Positions 17,121 through 25,698 of a stretch of DNA of 64,000 nt are shown piece after piece. The notes below the pieces were generated by a model. That model saw nothing but the letters and a program-made list of their open reading frames with translations. It was not told the DNA's origin and did no database searches. The DNA is from PVC group bacterium (GTDB lineage: Bacteria; Auribacterota; Erginobacteria; Erginobacterales; Erginobacteraceae): assembly GCA_043804695.1 (NCBI GenBank), contig JAZDIV010000033.1, positions 1,907 to 65,906 on the forward strand, read 5' to 3'. The position numbers and the translations under genes were made by a program. Within the stretch, counting starts at the first letter, position 1; the number at the start of each line of letters is the position of its first letter.

Positions 17121-17561
17121 TCAATCCTGATTACCTTTCTCTTCATGGGATACTCCTTCAACATCCCTTACCAGGCCGCCGATGGTGATCCCCGCCAGGT
17201 CGGCCAGGACATTTTCTTCGATCTTTTTCAGCTGGCGGCGAAGGGGGCAGCGGGAGCGGTTTGGGCACACATGATTCCTGAAGAGGCACTCCGCCAGGTC
17301 AAGCTTCCCCTGAAAAATCCCGATCAGACGGATGAGCTCGATCCGGCCGGGGTCCCCGGCCAGGCGGACGCCCCCCCCCGCGCCCTCCCGGCTGGAGACC
17401 AGCCCTTCCCGGGCGAGATCCTGGAGAAGTCGGCGGAGATAGGAGAGCGGAATCTTCTCCCGCTCCGCGATCTCCCGCGAGGAGACATATCGCCCCTTCT
17501 CCCGGGCCAGGCAGATCAACGCCCGGACCGCGTAATCGGTATTCTTGGTCAGCAATTTCAT
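17121..17561 (-). CDS. Rrf2-family transcriptional regulator (NsrR/IscR-like, three-Cys cluster motif)
   Basis: MKLLTKNTDYAVRALICLA wHTH. C-x6-C-x5-C (CLFRNHVCPNRSRC). Confidence 0.9.
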   Translation of the reverse strand: MKLLTKNTDYAVRALICLAREKGRYVSSREIAEREKIPLSYLRRLLQDLAREGLVSSREGAGGGVRLAGDPGRIELIRLIGIFQGKLDLAECLFRNHVCPNRSRCPLRRQLKKIEENVLADLAGITIGGLVRDVEGVSHEEKGNQD

Positions 17562-17578
17562 TGTCCTTTTCCCGGTTA

Positions 17579-17603
17579 AACTAATACTAATATAGTATTA
17601 GTT
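17579..17603. promoter_or_regulatory. perfect 11-3-11 palindrome, candidate Rrf2 operator in the divergent rrf2/fprA promoter region
   Basis: aactaatacta-ata-tagtattagtt. It lies 18 nt upstream of the rrf2 start and about 120 nt upstream of the flavodiiron gene. Confidence 0.5.
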
Positions 17604-17723
17604 AGACGAACTGTCAAGTATTCCGTTCATTTGTTTTTCATTTTTCTCTACCCCGTTATAGCTTTTCATTAAGCTCTAAAATATGGTATGTAGTACCTCA
17701 GGGAACATTAAACAGGGAGAGAA

Positions 17724-18911
17724 ATGAAGATGAAACCGCGGAAGATAACCGAAGGCGTCTCCTGGGTAGGAGCGATCGACTGGGACCGAAAGCTCTTCGA
17801 TGCCCTGATCCCCCTGCCCGACGGGACCAGCTACAACTCTTACCTGATCGAGGGTGATGAGAAAACGGCCCTGATCGATTCCGTCGATCCCCCGTTTTCC
17901 GGTCTGCTGCTCGAAAAACTGGCCGGGGTGGAAAAAATCGACTACCTTGTCTCCAACCACGCGGAACAGGACCACTCCGGGTCCATCCCGCGCGTCCTCG
18001 ATAGATACCCGGAAGCGAAGGTCGTCACCAACCCGAAATGCCAGGGGATGCTGATCGATCTCCTCCGGATCCCGGAGGAGAAGTTCATCACCGTCGAAGA
18101 CGGCGGGATTCTCTCGCTGGGCAACCGGACCCTGGAGTTCATCTACACCCCCTGGGTCCACTGGCCGGAGACGATGTCCACCTTCCTGCGGGAGGAGAGA
18201 ATTCTCTTCTCCTGCGACTTCTTCGGCTCCCACCTGGCAACCTCCGATCTCTTCGCCTCCGATGATGACCGGGTGGCCGAAGCCGCCAAGAGGTACTACG
18301 GGGAGATCATGATGCCCTTCCGGCCGACGATCGTCAGGAACCTGGATAAAATCAAGGGGCGGGATATCTTTCTGATCGCGCCCAGCCACGGGCCGATATA
18401 CAACCATCCGTCGTTTATCATCAGCGCTTACCGCAAGTGGGTGGCGGACACCTGTGAAAATTCAGTGGTGCTGCCGTTCGTGACCATGCACGGGAGCACC
18501 GGCCTGATGGTGGAGCATTTACTCAGCGCCCTGCTGGAAAAGGGGATCACCGTTTATCCCTTCAACCTGGCGGTCACCGATGTCGGCAAGCTGGTGATCG
18601 CTCTGGTGGAAGCCGCCACCATCGTCATCGGCACGCCGACCGTGCTGGCCGGTCCCCACCCGCTGGCACTAAACGCGGCCGCCCTGGTCAACGCCCTGCG
18701 TCCCAAGGCCCGGTTCGCCTCGATCATCGGCTCCTACGGGTGGGGGGGGAAAACCGTCGAGCAGATCACCGGGGCCATCGCCAATCTGAAGATTGAGCTG
18801 CTGGAGCCGATTCTCTGCCAGGGACTCCCCGGGTCGGATGACTTCAGGGCCCTGGACGGCCTGGCCGATGCCATCGCCGCGAAGCACCGGCAAGTTGGCG
18901 CGAAGCCCTAA
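17724..18911 (+). CDS. fprA: flavodiiron protein (FprA-type; metallo-beta-lactamase plus flavodoxin domains)
   Basis: WDRKLFD...GTSYNSYLI...SNHAEQDHSGS diiron motif. C-terminal flavodoxin-like domain. Confidence 0.9.
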   Translation: MKMKPRKITEGVSWVGAIDWDRKLFDALIPLPDGTSYNSYLIEGDEKTALIDSVDPPFSGLLLEKLAGVEKIDYLVSNHAEQDHSGSIPRVLDRYPEAKVVTNPKCQGMLIDLLRIPEEKFITVEDGGILSLGNRTLEFIYTPWVHWPETMSTFLREERILFSCDFFGSHLATSDLFASDDDRVAEAAKRYYGEIMMPFRPTIVRNLDKIKGRDIFLIAPSHGPIYNHPSFIISAYRKWVADTCENSVVLPFVTMHGSTGLMVEHLLSALLEKGITVYPFNLAVTDVGKLVIALVEAATIVIGTPTVLAGPHPLALNAAALVNALRPKARFASIIGSYGWGGKTVEQITGAIANLKIELLEPILCQGLPGSDDFRALDGLADAIAAKHRQVGAKP

Positions 18912-18952
18912 CTTGTTGTAGCGAAGCGGAAATCCCGATGTATCGGGGCTGC

Positions 18953-18999
18953 TTCGGAATTTTCAGCCAGAGGCTGATGCGCCTCTGGAGCACAATAAA
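18953..18999. repeat. 47-nt double-hairpin element
   Basis: ttcggaattttcagccagaggctgatgcgcctctggagcacaataaa differs by eye at 2 positions from 56674-56720. Hairpins are tcagcc-N3-ggctga and tgcgcc-tct-ggNgca. Confidence 0.8.
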
Positions 19000-19140
19000 T
19001 TAACAAAACGGCTATCGTTGAACGGTTGCGCTGCTCGAAACGTTGAACGGCGTACGGTTACGTGCGGCTCGCCCCCGCAACCGATTCCAGCTGCGCAACC
19101 GCAACCTTTTAACCCGAACGTTGCCCGAGCGAAGCGAGGG

Positions 19141-19569
19141 CTAAGTTCTAAGTATCCGCACCACCCGGGCTTCTCCCTCTTTCCGCCGGCGCCGCCGCTC
19201 ACAGCGGCGGATAAATAAGAACGCGGCAGAAAGAAGAACCACCCCCAGGCCCAGGCCGGGCAGGGACGGATCCCATCCCCGGAGGGAAGCCAGACCGTAT
19301 CCCGCGGCGACGCCGATAAAAAACCCGAGCAGGGGAAGGCCGAAGAGAAGCAGGGCGGACCGAAGGGGATCACGGGGGGAAATTTCCACCTCGACCTCGT
19401 CCCCCGGACGGGCGGCCGCCGGGTTCAGGGCATCGAGGACCATGTATTTCCCCCCTTCCCCTGCCGCGCAGCGCCCGCAGCCGGCGCAGCCCGACTGCCG
19501 GGGCAGACGGACCATCGCGCGGCCTACCGTTATCCCGACAACCCGTCCTCTTTCCATCCTCAAACCCAT
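19141..19569 (-). CDS. RseC/MucC-family (SoxR-reducing system) membrane protein
   Basis: N-terminus GRVVGITVGRAMVRLPRQSGCAGCGRC followed by two TM helices. The start is uncertain (19557, 19569 or 19593). Confidence 0.7.
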   Translation of the reverse strand: MGLRMERGRVVGITVGRAMVRLPRQSGCAGCGRCAAGEGGKYMVLDALNPAAARPGDEVEVEISPRDPLRSALLLFGLPLLGFFIGVAAGYGLASLRGWDPSLPGLGLGVVLLSAAFLFIRRCERRRRRKEGEARVVRILRT

Positions 19570-19623
19570 GCCATCAGCAGGTGCGATTGACAATCACCAA
19601 TCCATCTATTATTCTGGTTCTCT

Positions 19624-19791
19624 TTCATTTTGTGTGGGTAGATACCGGTATTCAAAGCATCATTATATAATGACGAGATCCTCAGCCTCTGGCTGAGGAT
19701 TGATTTAGTCATTAACAATCCAAGCTAACCGCCAAGGTATGTAAGAGCATCAGATCATTTGAATTCCCCACACGAAACGGCAGAGAACCAT
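19624..19791. repeat. imperfect 25-nt inverted repeat enclosing a TCAGCC-N3-GGCTGA hairpin (nested element)
   Basis: Arm ctggttctctttcattttgtgtggg (19624-19648) pairs with cccacacgaaacggcagagaaccat (19767-19791), about 20 of 25 complementary by eye. Inner hairpin cctcagcctctggctgagg lies near 19680-19698. Confidence 0.55.
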
Positions 19792-19834
19792 TATCCTTTG
19801 ATCATGGCATCGATAGAAACCACCATCCCGACGC

Positions 19835-19885
19835 TTAATCCAGATTATTCATGAAAATTAAATACTTTCAAGAATAATCCAGGTT
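19835..19885. repeat. palindromic intergenic element, ATTCATGAA family (copy b, degenerate)
   Basis: ttaatccagattattcatgaaaattaaatactttcaagaataatccaggtt, 25 nt upstream of the tamA start. Confidence 0.7.
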
Positions 19886-19909
19886 GCTGCGAAGGGGCTG
19901 CTGTCCTCA

Positions 19910-21745
19910 ATGAAGATTTTTTACTGGATACCGTGCTTCTTTTTCATCTTCTGCGGGGCGGTTCTGACCGACGATACCTCCGGGGATTGGACCCCTGCTC
20001 CCTATTCTGTCTCCATCCATCTCCACGGCGAAAAAAGCGACCCTCTCAAGCAGCTGCTCCTGGACGTCTCCACCACCGCCGCCAGCCAAAAAAATCCGCC
20101 CCCGACCCTGAGCCTGCTGGAGGCGATCGCCCAGAATGACGCGGAAAAGATGGTGAAAGTTCTCCGCGCGGAAAGCTTCTACACCGGGACGGTGCGGCCT
20201 GATTTCAAAAGGAACAAAAATGAACTCCACATCATCTTCTCGGTAACGACCGGGAAACCGTTCCTTCTCGGCACCGCCCATATCAATATCGCGGGGGAGG
20301 CGCTGCCGGCGGCGGTCGCGGTCCCCGACGGAACCGCGATCGGGCTGAAAGCCGGCGAACGGGGAACCTCCACCACGATCGTTTCCGCGGGAGACAGGCT
20401 TCTAAAATTTTTCCAGAAAAACGGATACCCCTTCGTGCAGATCCGCGACCGGCAGGTGGTGGTGGATTACGCGACCGAGACGGTCGCCGCCACCTTCACG
20501 ATCGACCCGGGGGAACGGGCGTCCTTCGCCTGGACAACTTTCACCGGGCTGAAGGACGTGGACCCGGAGTTCGTCCGGAAGAAGATCCCCTGGCAGGAGG
20601 GCCAGCTGTACGACCCGGCGTTGGTACAGGAACTCCGGAACCGGCTCAGCCGGACCGGTCTCTTCACCACGGTCCTGGTCTCGCACGGGCAGGAAGAAGA
20701 AAAAACCGAGGAGGCGGATCACCGGACCGGGGAGAATACGGACGTCCCCCTCGTTCCTCTCCCGGTCACGGTCACGGTCCGGGAGAGGGACCGCCACACG
20801 GTCGGGCTGATGGCAGGATACAGCACCGACATCGGCTTCGGGGGGGGGGCCTCCTGGGAGGACCGGAACCTGCTGGGGCAGGGAGAACTGCTGCATCTGG
20901 AGTTTTTCGTCAGCCAGCAGATGTATCTCGGGGAAGGCCGGTTCCGGCTGCCGGAATTTCTCAGTCCCGACCAGTCGCTGACCCTGGCCGTCCAACCGGT
21001 CTATGACGATCCCAAGGCATACACCAGCTACCGGATCCGCAACTCGGCCGTCATTCAGCATGACTTCAGCGATGCCTTTTCCGTGAGCGGCGGCGCCGCC
21101 TTCACCTTGGACGCGGTCGAGCAGCTTGATCAGGAGAAAGACTATCTTCTTTTCTCAATCCCCATCTCGGCGAACTGGAGTCTCGGCGGCATTCAGCCGT
21201 TCCCCCGGGCGGGCGCCCTTTTCTCCGTGATGGGCGAGCCCTACTACGACCTGCACAGCGATCGCCTCTTCATCAAAACGCTGCTCAACACCAACCTTCT
21301 CTACCGGTTCCCCGGGGCCGATTTCCTGACCGCCGTCGGCCGGATCTCCTTCGGGAGCATCCCCGAGGCGTCCCCGGGAGAAGTCCCGGCCGACCTTCGG
21401 TTCTACGCGGGGGGGGCGAACTCGATCCGGGGGTACGCCTACCAGATGGTGGGCCCCCTGGTGAAGAGAGACCCGGTCGGCGGACGGTCGCTTTTCACTT
21501 TCTCCTTCGAGTGCGACGTCCAGATGATCGGGGACTTCGGGGGGGCCGTTTTTCTCGACGGCGGCTCCGCGTTCGAAGATGCACTGCCCGGCCCGTGGGA
21601 CGAGGTTCGCTATGGAACAGGCATGGGGCTGCGGTACTTCACCCCGATCGGACCGATCGGGCTGGACATCGGCTTTCCCCTCAACGGGCGCAAAGGGATC
21701 GACAAAGATTTCCAGGTGTACGTCAGCATCGCGCAGATTTACTGA
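19910..21745 (+). CDS. tamA: TamA/BamA-family (Omp85) outer-membrane protein
   Basis: POTRA-like N-terminal repeats. C-terminal Bac_surface_Ag barrel (FYAGGANSIRGYAY...). Paired with the tamB-like gene downstream. Confidence 0.85.
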   Translation: MKIFYWIPCFFFIFCGAVLTDDTSGDWTPAPYSVSIHLHGEKSDPLKQLLLDVSTTAASQKNPPPTLSLLEAIAQNDAEKMVKVLRAESFYTGTVRPDFKRNKNELHIIFSVTTGKPFLLGTAHINIAGEALPAAVAVPDGTAIGLKAGERGTSTTIVSAGDRLLKFFQKNGYPFVQIRDRQVVVDYATETVAATFTIDPGERASFAWTTFTGLKDVDPEFVRKKIPWQEGQLYDPALVQELRNRLSRTGLFTTVLVSHGQEEEKTEEADHRTGENTDVPLVPLPVTVTVRERDRHTVGLMAGYSTDIGFGGGASWEDRNLLGQGELLHLEFFVSQQMYLGEGRFRLPEFLSPDQSLTLAVQPVYDDPKAYTSYRIRNSAVIQHDFSDAFSVSGGAAFTLDAVEQLDQEKDYLLFSIPISANWSLGGIQPFPRAGALFSVMGEPYYDLHSDRLFIKTLLNTNLLYRFPGADFLTAVGRISFGSIPEASPGEVPADLRFYAGGANSIRGYAYQMVGPLVKRDPVGGRSLFTFSFECDVQMIGDFGGAVFLDGGSAFEDALPGPWDEVRYGTGMGLRYFTPIGPIGLDIGFPLNGRKGIDKDFQVYVSIAQIY

Positions 21746-21777
21746 CCACTTTTTATTAACCATGAAGAACATGGATA

Positions 21778-21850
21778 GGGAATAGGGATTGGGGAATGGT
21801 GAATGGGTTATGAGCTGGCGTCTATTCCCCATTCCCTAATCCCCATTCCC
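21778..21850. repeat. ~30-bp-stem hairpin built from GGGAATAGGGA-type words between tamA and tamB
   Basis: gggaatagggattggggaatggtgaatggg pairs with ctattccccattccctaatccccattccc, about 26 of 30 complementary by eye. A related word, ggaatagggaacagggaata, occurs at 36687-36706. Confidence 0.65.
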
Positions 21851-21877
21851 CAAATGTCCTTCGTGGTCGGTACCTTT

Positions 21878-24562
21878 ATGAAAGTGACTCGTATATTAAA
21901 AACCATAATAAAATACGTCTTCCGCGCTCTGATGCTGCTCCTGGCACTGGTCGCGGTGCTCCTGGGCGTGATCCAGACCCCGGCCGGGAAGAGGCTGCTC
22001 GCCGACGGGATTACCGCTCTGGCGAGTTCGGACGACGGGTCGGGAGTGACTTTCAGATCGCTCTCCGGTTTCATCCCCTTCCGCTTCGGTGTCGGCGAAT
22101 TCAAAATCAGCGACCCGGAAGGTGACTGGCTGGTGGCAGAGGACATATCGCTGCGCATGGACGCGGGGAGCCTCCTCCTTTTCCGCCTCCGGGCGGAAGA
22201 GGTGACCGCCGGGAGGGTCACCTGGCGGAGGCTGCCGGCAGGGACGGATGACGACAGGAGAGCAGAGGACCCGGAGGAGGAGGGTTTCACCCCCCGGGAC
22301 ATCCCCTCCTTTGCCGTGGAGCGCCTGTGGATAAAAAACCTGACCGCGGAAGAATCCCTGCCGGGGAAACGGATTGTCGCCGAGCTGAAAGGACATGTCC
22401 GCAACGATTCGGCCGGCGGCGCCGGCGTCAACCTGGCCCTGAAACCGGTCGGTCGGGATGGTGATGACCTGACCGTGGCGGGGATGGCGGCGGCCGATCT
22501 GTCATCCCTTTCCCTGGACATCAAGCTCGACGAAGAAGCGGGAGGGAACCTGGGAAGCCTGATCATTCCCGGGGACTCCGTGCCTCTCTCCCTCCGGCTG
22601 CATGGCGGGGGACCGTGGGAAGCCTGCCGGGTCAGGCTGGCGGTCCGGGCCGCGGAGCGCGGAGAGCTGGACCTGGACGTCGTCTTCGACATCTCCCGCA
22701 CGCTGGCGGAGGGCACGCTGACGGCGGCCATTACCCGGCTGCCGGGGCCGGCGGGCGGAATCGAGAGCGGGCGGCTGTCGGCCCGGCTGGCCGTCGAAAA
22801 CGGCCGGCAGAACATATCCGCCCGGATCGAGGCGGACGGCCTGAAAACGCCCCTGGGGCACGTCGAACGGATCGAGGCGACCGTTGACGGCACCGACATC
22901 CTGCAGGATCCCCGCGGGACCGTCGAGTTCACCGCCCACGGCCTTCGCCCCGCTCCTCCGGGAGCGGAAGAGATGGCGGAGGCAGAGCTGGCCCGAACCG
23001 TCACCGGCCGGCTCACCCTCCGGGACACGGATCACCGGCCCCGGGCTGACCTGGAGATTCAGATCGAAAAATACGCCCTGCCCGGATCGCCCATCAGCCC
23101 GGCGGGGACGCGGCGGCTTACGATCCAGGCTCACCTCGAGGACGGCCAAATCCACGCCGAGCTCGACAGCGGCCGGGAGGGGGACATCCTTCTGCAGGCG
23201 AAGATGACCGCGAAGGCCGACTTCTCCCTCGCTCCCCTCATCTTCCGCCTCGACGAAGGGGGGCCGATCGAAGGCGAGCTTTCGGCGCGGCTCGATCTTT
23301 CTTTTCTGAACAACCGCCTGGCCCTCTCCCGCCAGAGCCTCCGCGGCACTCTCAGCGCCGACCTCACCGCCGGGGGCACCATCCGGAAACCGGAGCTGAA
23401 CGGAGAGATCAGCCTCCGCAAGGGAGAATATCAGAACCTGGTTTCCGGGACGGTCCTCAGCGGCCTGACCGCGACCGTGAAAGCCAAGTCAGACCGCCTG
23501 GAAATCACCGAGCTGTCGGCCCGGACGCCGGCGGGGGGAAAGATCTCCCTGACCGGCCATGCCCGGCTCTCTCCCCGGGACGGTTTTCCCCTTTCCCTGT
23601 CACTCCTGCTGACAGATGCCCAGCTGGTGGACATGGAGATGGTAACGGCAGCGCTGGCCGGGAAGATAGACCTGGAAGGAAGCCTGGAAAAGAGCCGCCT
23701 CGGCGGAAAGATAACGATCAAGAAAGCGGAAGGGCGCATCCCGAGCAAATTGTCCTCCGGGGTACCGGAGATCACCGTCACCGAGATCAACAAACCGGGG
23801 GGGACGGCGGTTCCTCACCCCGCGGCTTCCTCTTCCTTCCTGAAAACGGTCGCCCTCGATCTCCGCCTCACGGCCCCGGAAGACGTATTCATCAAAGGCC
23901 GGGGACTGGATTCCGAGTGGAAGGCCGATGTCACCGCCACCGGGACGGCCGACGCCCCTTCCCTGCGCGGCGGCATCACCCTGCTCGACGGCATCTTTAT
24001 TTTCATGGGGGAAGAGCTCAAGCTGGAAAACTGCAGCATCATGATGGACGGCGGCTTCCCCCCGGTCCCGCAGCTGAAGATCAACGCCCGGATCGTGAAG
24101 TCGGACATCACGATCACGCTCCAGGTAGTCGGCCCGGTCAACGCCCCGGAGGTGATCCTCTCATCCCAGCCCCCCTACCCGGCCGACGAGATCCTCGCCC
24201 GGCTCCTTTACGGGCGCCCGGCATCTCAGCTGAGCGGCCTCCAGGCTTTGCGGATAGCCGACGGGCTCCGGACACTGCAGGGGAAAGGAGGCATCCTTGA
24301 CCGCCTGACCGGATGGACTTCCTTCCTGGGGAATGTCCAGGTTGATTTCACGGAGCTGGAGGGAAGCACCGACCAGACCGCGGTCCGGGTCCGGTGGAGC
24401 CTGAGCAAGAACTTCTATGTTGAAAACCAGCACTCCATTGATGCCCGCGACAATCTCTTCCTGGCCCGCTGGGACCTGACCCGAAGACTCCAGCTCCGCA
24501 CCCAGTCGGGCTACGGTTTTCTCGGGGACGCCGTTTACCTGCGTTACCAGTGGGATTATTAA
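21878..24562 (+). CDS. tamB: TamB-like translocation and assembly module protein (DUF490)
   Basis: N-terminal TM (FRALMLLLALVAVLLGV). C-terminus WSLSKNFYVENQHS...YLRYQWDY is typical of DUF490. The start was chosen downstream of the hairpin; 21803 and 21854 are alternatives. Confidence 0.8.
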   Translation: MKVTRILKTIIKYVFRALMLLLALVAVLLGVIQTPAGKRLLADGITALASSDDGSGVTFRSLSGFIPFRFGVGEFKISDPEGDWLVAEDISLRMDAGSLLLFRLRAEEVTAGRVTWRRLPAGTDDDRRAEDPEEEGFTPRDIPSFAVERLWIKNLTAEESLPGKRIVAELKGHVRNDSAGGAGVNLALKPVGRDGDDLTVAGMAAADLSSLSLDIKLDEEAGGNLGSLIIPGDSVPLSLRLHGGGPWEACRVRLAVRAAERGELDLDVVFDISRTLAEGTLTAAITRLPGPAGGIESGRLSARLAVENGRQNISARIEADGLKTPLGHVERIEATVDGTDILQDPRGTVEFTAHGLRPAPPGAEEMAEAELARTVTGRLTLRDTDHRPRADLEIQIEKYALPGSPISPAGTRRLTIQAHLEDGQIHAELDSGREGDILLQAKMTAKADFSLAPLIFRLDEGGPIEGELSARLDLSFLNNRLALSRQSLRGTLSADLTAGGTIRKPELNGEISLRKGEYQNLVSGTVLSGLTATVKAKSDRLEITELSARTPAGGKISLTGHARLSPRDGFPLSLSLLLTDAQLVDMEMVTAALAGKIDLEGSLEKSRLGGKITIKKAEGRIPSKLSSGVPEITVTEINKPGGTAVPHPAASSSFLKTVALDLRLTAPEDVFIKGRGLDSEWKADVTATGTADAPSLRGGITLLDGIFIFMGEELKLENCSIMMDGGFPPVPQLKINARIVKSDITITLQVVGPVNAPEVILSSQPPYPADEILARLLYGRPASQLSGLQALRIADGLRTLQGKGGILDRLTGWTSFLGNVQVDFTELEGSTDQTAVRVRWSLSKNFYVENQHSIDARDNLFLARWDLTRRLQLRTQSGYGFLGDAVYLRYQWDY

Positions 24563-24611
24563 ACCGGATTATTCATGAAAATTTTCAATTTCCATGAATA
24601 ATCCGGTTTAA
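24560..24611. repeat. palindromic intergenic element, ATTCATGAA family (copy c)
   Basis: taaaccggattattcatgaaaattttcaatttccatgaataatccggtttaa. The tamB stop codon TAA is part of the left arm. Confidence 0.8.
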
Positions 24612-24680
24612 TTAATCGTTGATCACGATGTCGACCGGTGATAGAGTATTTGTTCCTTAATCTTCGTCATTGTTTAAAAC

Positions 24681-24724
24681 TAATCCGATTTCTGCCTGCC
24701 TGTCGGCAGGCAGAAATCGGATTA
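24681..24724 (+). promoter_or_regulatory. perfect 20-bp stem / 4-nt loop hairpin in the 5' leader of CDS 24741
   Basis: taatccgatttctgcctgcc-tgtc-ggcaggcagaaatcggatta, ending 5 nt before the AAGGAGA RBS. Confidence 0.55.
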
Positions 24725-24740
24725 ACAAGGAGAAAGATGC

Positions 24741-25499
24741 ATGAAAACACCGCCGCCGGTCAAGGTATCCCAGGACAAGATCACCTTCGATGTCAGCGAG
24801 ATCGAGGCTGTTCTCCAGGCCCCCCCGATGGACGTCAAGCCGTTCGAACCACGCTCGGTCCTGCTGAAGAACAAGGCGGGCGCGACCAAGACCATGCTGG
24901 TCCGAGAGGCGAGGCTGGAAGAGGCCACGCCGCTGCTTAAACTCATCCGGGAGAAATTTCTCCAGGAAGAGAACCTGGAAGACGTGCCGGACTTCTATGA
25001 CATCGTCGGGGCCCGGGTCTACGCCGAGATCCTGGGCTGGTACCGTCGCCGCCTGAAAGACCCCTACACGCTGGTCGGCCTCTGCGACGGGGAGCTGACC
25101 GCCTTTTGCAACGGCCGGCTGATGAACGAGGAGATCAACATCAGTCTCCACACGATGGCGTTCGACCGCGGCTTCCGGGCCGGGGCGGCCATGTACTTCA
25201 TCAAGTGCCAGTACTGCTTCGACGACCTCGGACAGGACGAGTTCTGGTCGACGTTCGAGAGCTACAACGGCTGGAAGCGCTGGGGCTTCGGGATGGCGCA
25301 GCCGTCGTACCCCTGGCCCGATCTCCAGCATGAACTGGGGGGGGGCCGGGTCTATTACATCACCAAGAAGTACTGGGAGACCTCCGTCAAGAACTACCTG
25401 GTCCAGATGTACGACATCACGGTCGACCGGGATGTTTCCGAGGAGCTGCTGGCGAAGAACGAGGTCCTCCATCTTCCCGAGGATGTAGCCGGAGAGTAA
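24741..25499 (+). CDS. hypothetical protein (possible acyltransferase-like fold, unassigned)
   Basis: Good RBS, an intrinsic terminator downstream, and an amino-acid composition that looks like a genuine protein. No motif I can name. Confidence 0.65.
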   Translation: MKTPPPVKVSQDKITFDVSEIEAVLQAPPMDVKPFEPRSVLLKNKAGATKTMLVREARLEEATPLLKLIREKFLQEENLEDVPDFYDIVGARVYAEILGWYRRRLKDPYTLVGLCDGELTAFCNGRLMNEEINISLHTMAFDRGFRAGAAMYFIKCQYCFDDLGQDEFWSTFESYNGWKRWGFGMAQPSYPWPDLQHELGGGRVYYITKKYWETSVKNYLVQMYDITVDRDVSEELLAKNEVLHLPEDVAGE

Positions 25500-25536
25500 C
25501 CGGTCAACCCTGAGGGACTGTTGCTCATGGTCACGC

Positions 25537-25572
25537 AAAAGGTGGTGCCGCCGCGGTGGCACCACCTTTTTT
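25537..25572 (+). terminator. rho-independent terminator
   Basis: aaaaggtggtgcc-gccgc-ggtggcaccacctttttt. Confidence 0.8.
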
Positions 25573-25698
25573 ATTCAATTCATTAAGAATTGGCATTGAT
25601 ATTATACATTGGTAGCCGCAGACTTTAGAGGCAACTATAAAAAAGCGAGTAAAGTGATTTTTCTCTCGTAAAATTTTTTTCGGAGTAAAAATTTTAAA

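Noticed and set aside
21808-23028. 406-aa ORF antisense to tamB (and other long antisense ORFs at 24657-25565, 40149-41624 and 52870-54048)
   Set aside because: All lie opposite genes with clear homology-type motifs, have Ser/Arg/Pro-rich composition and lack RBSs.
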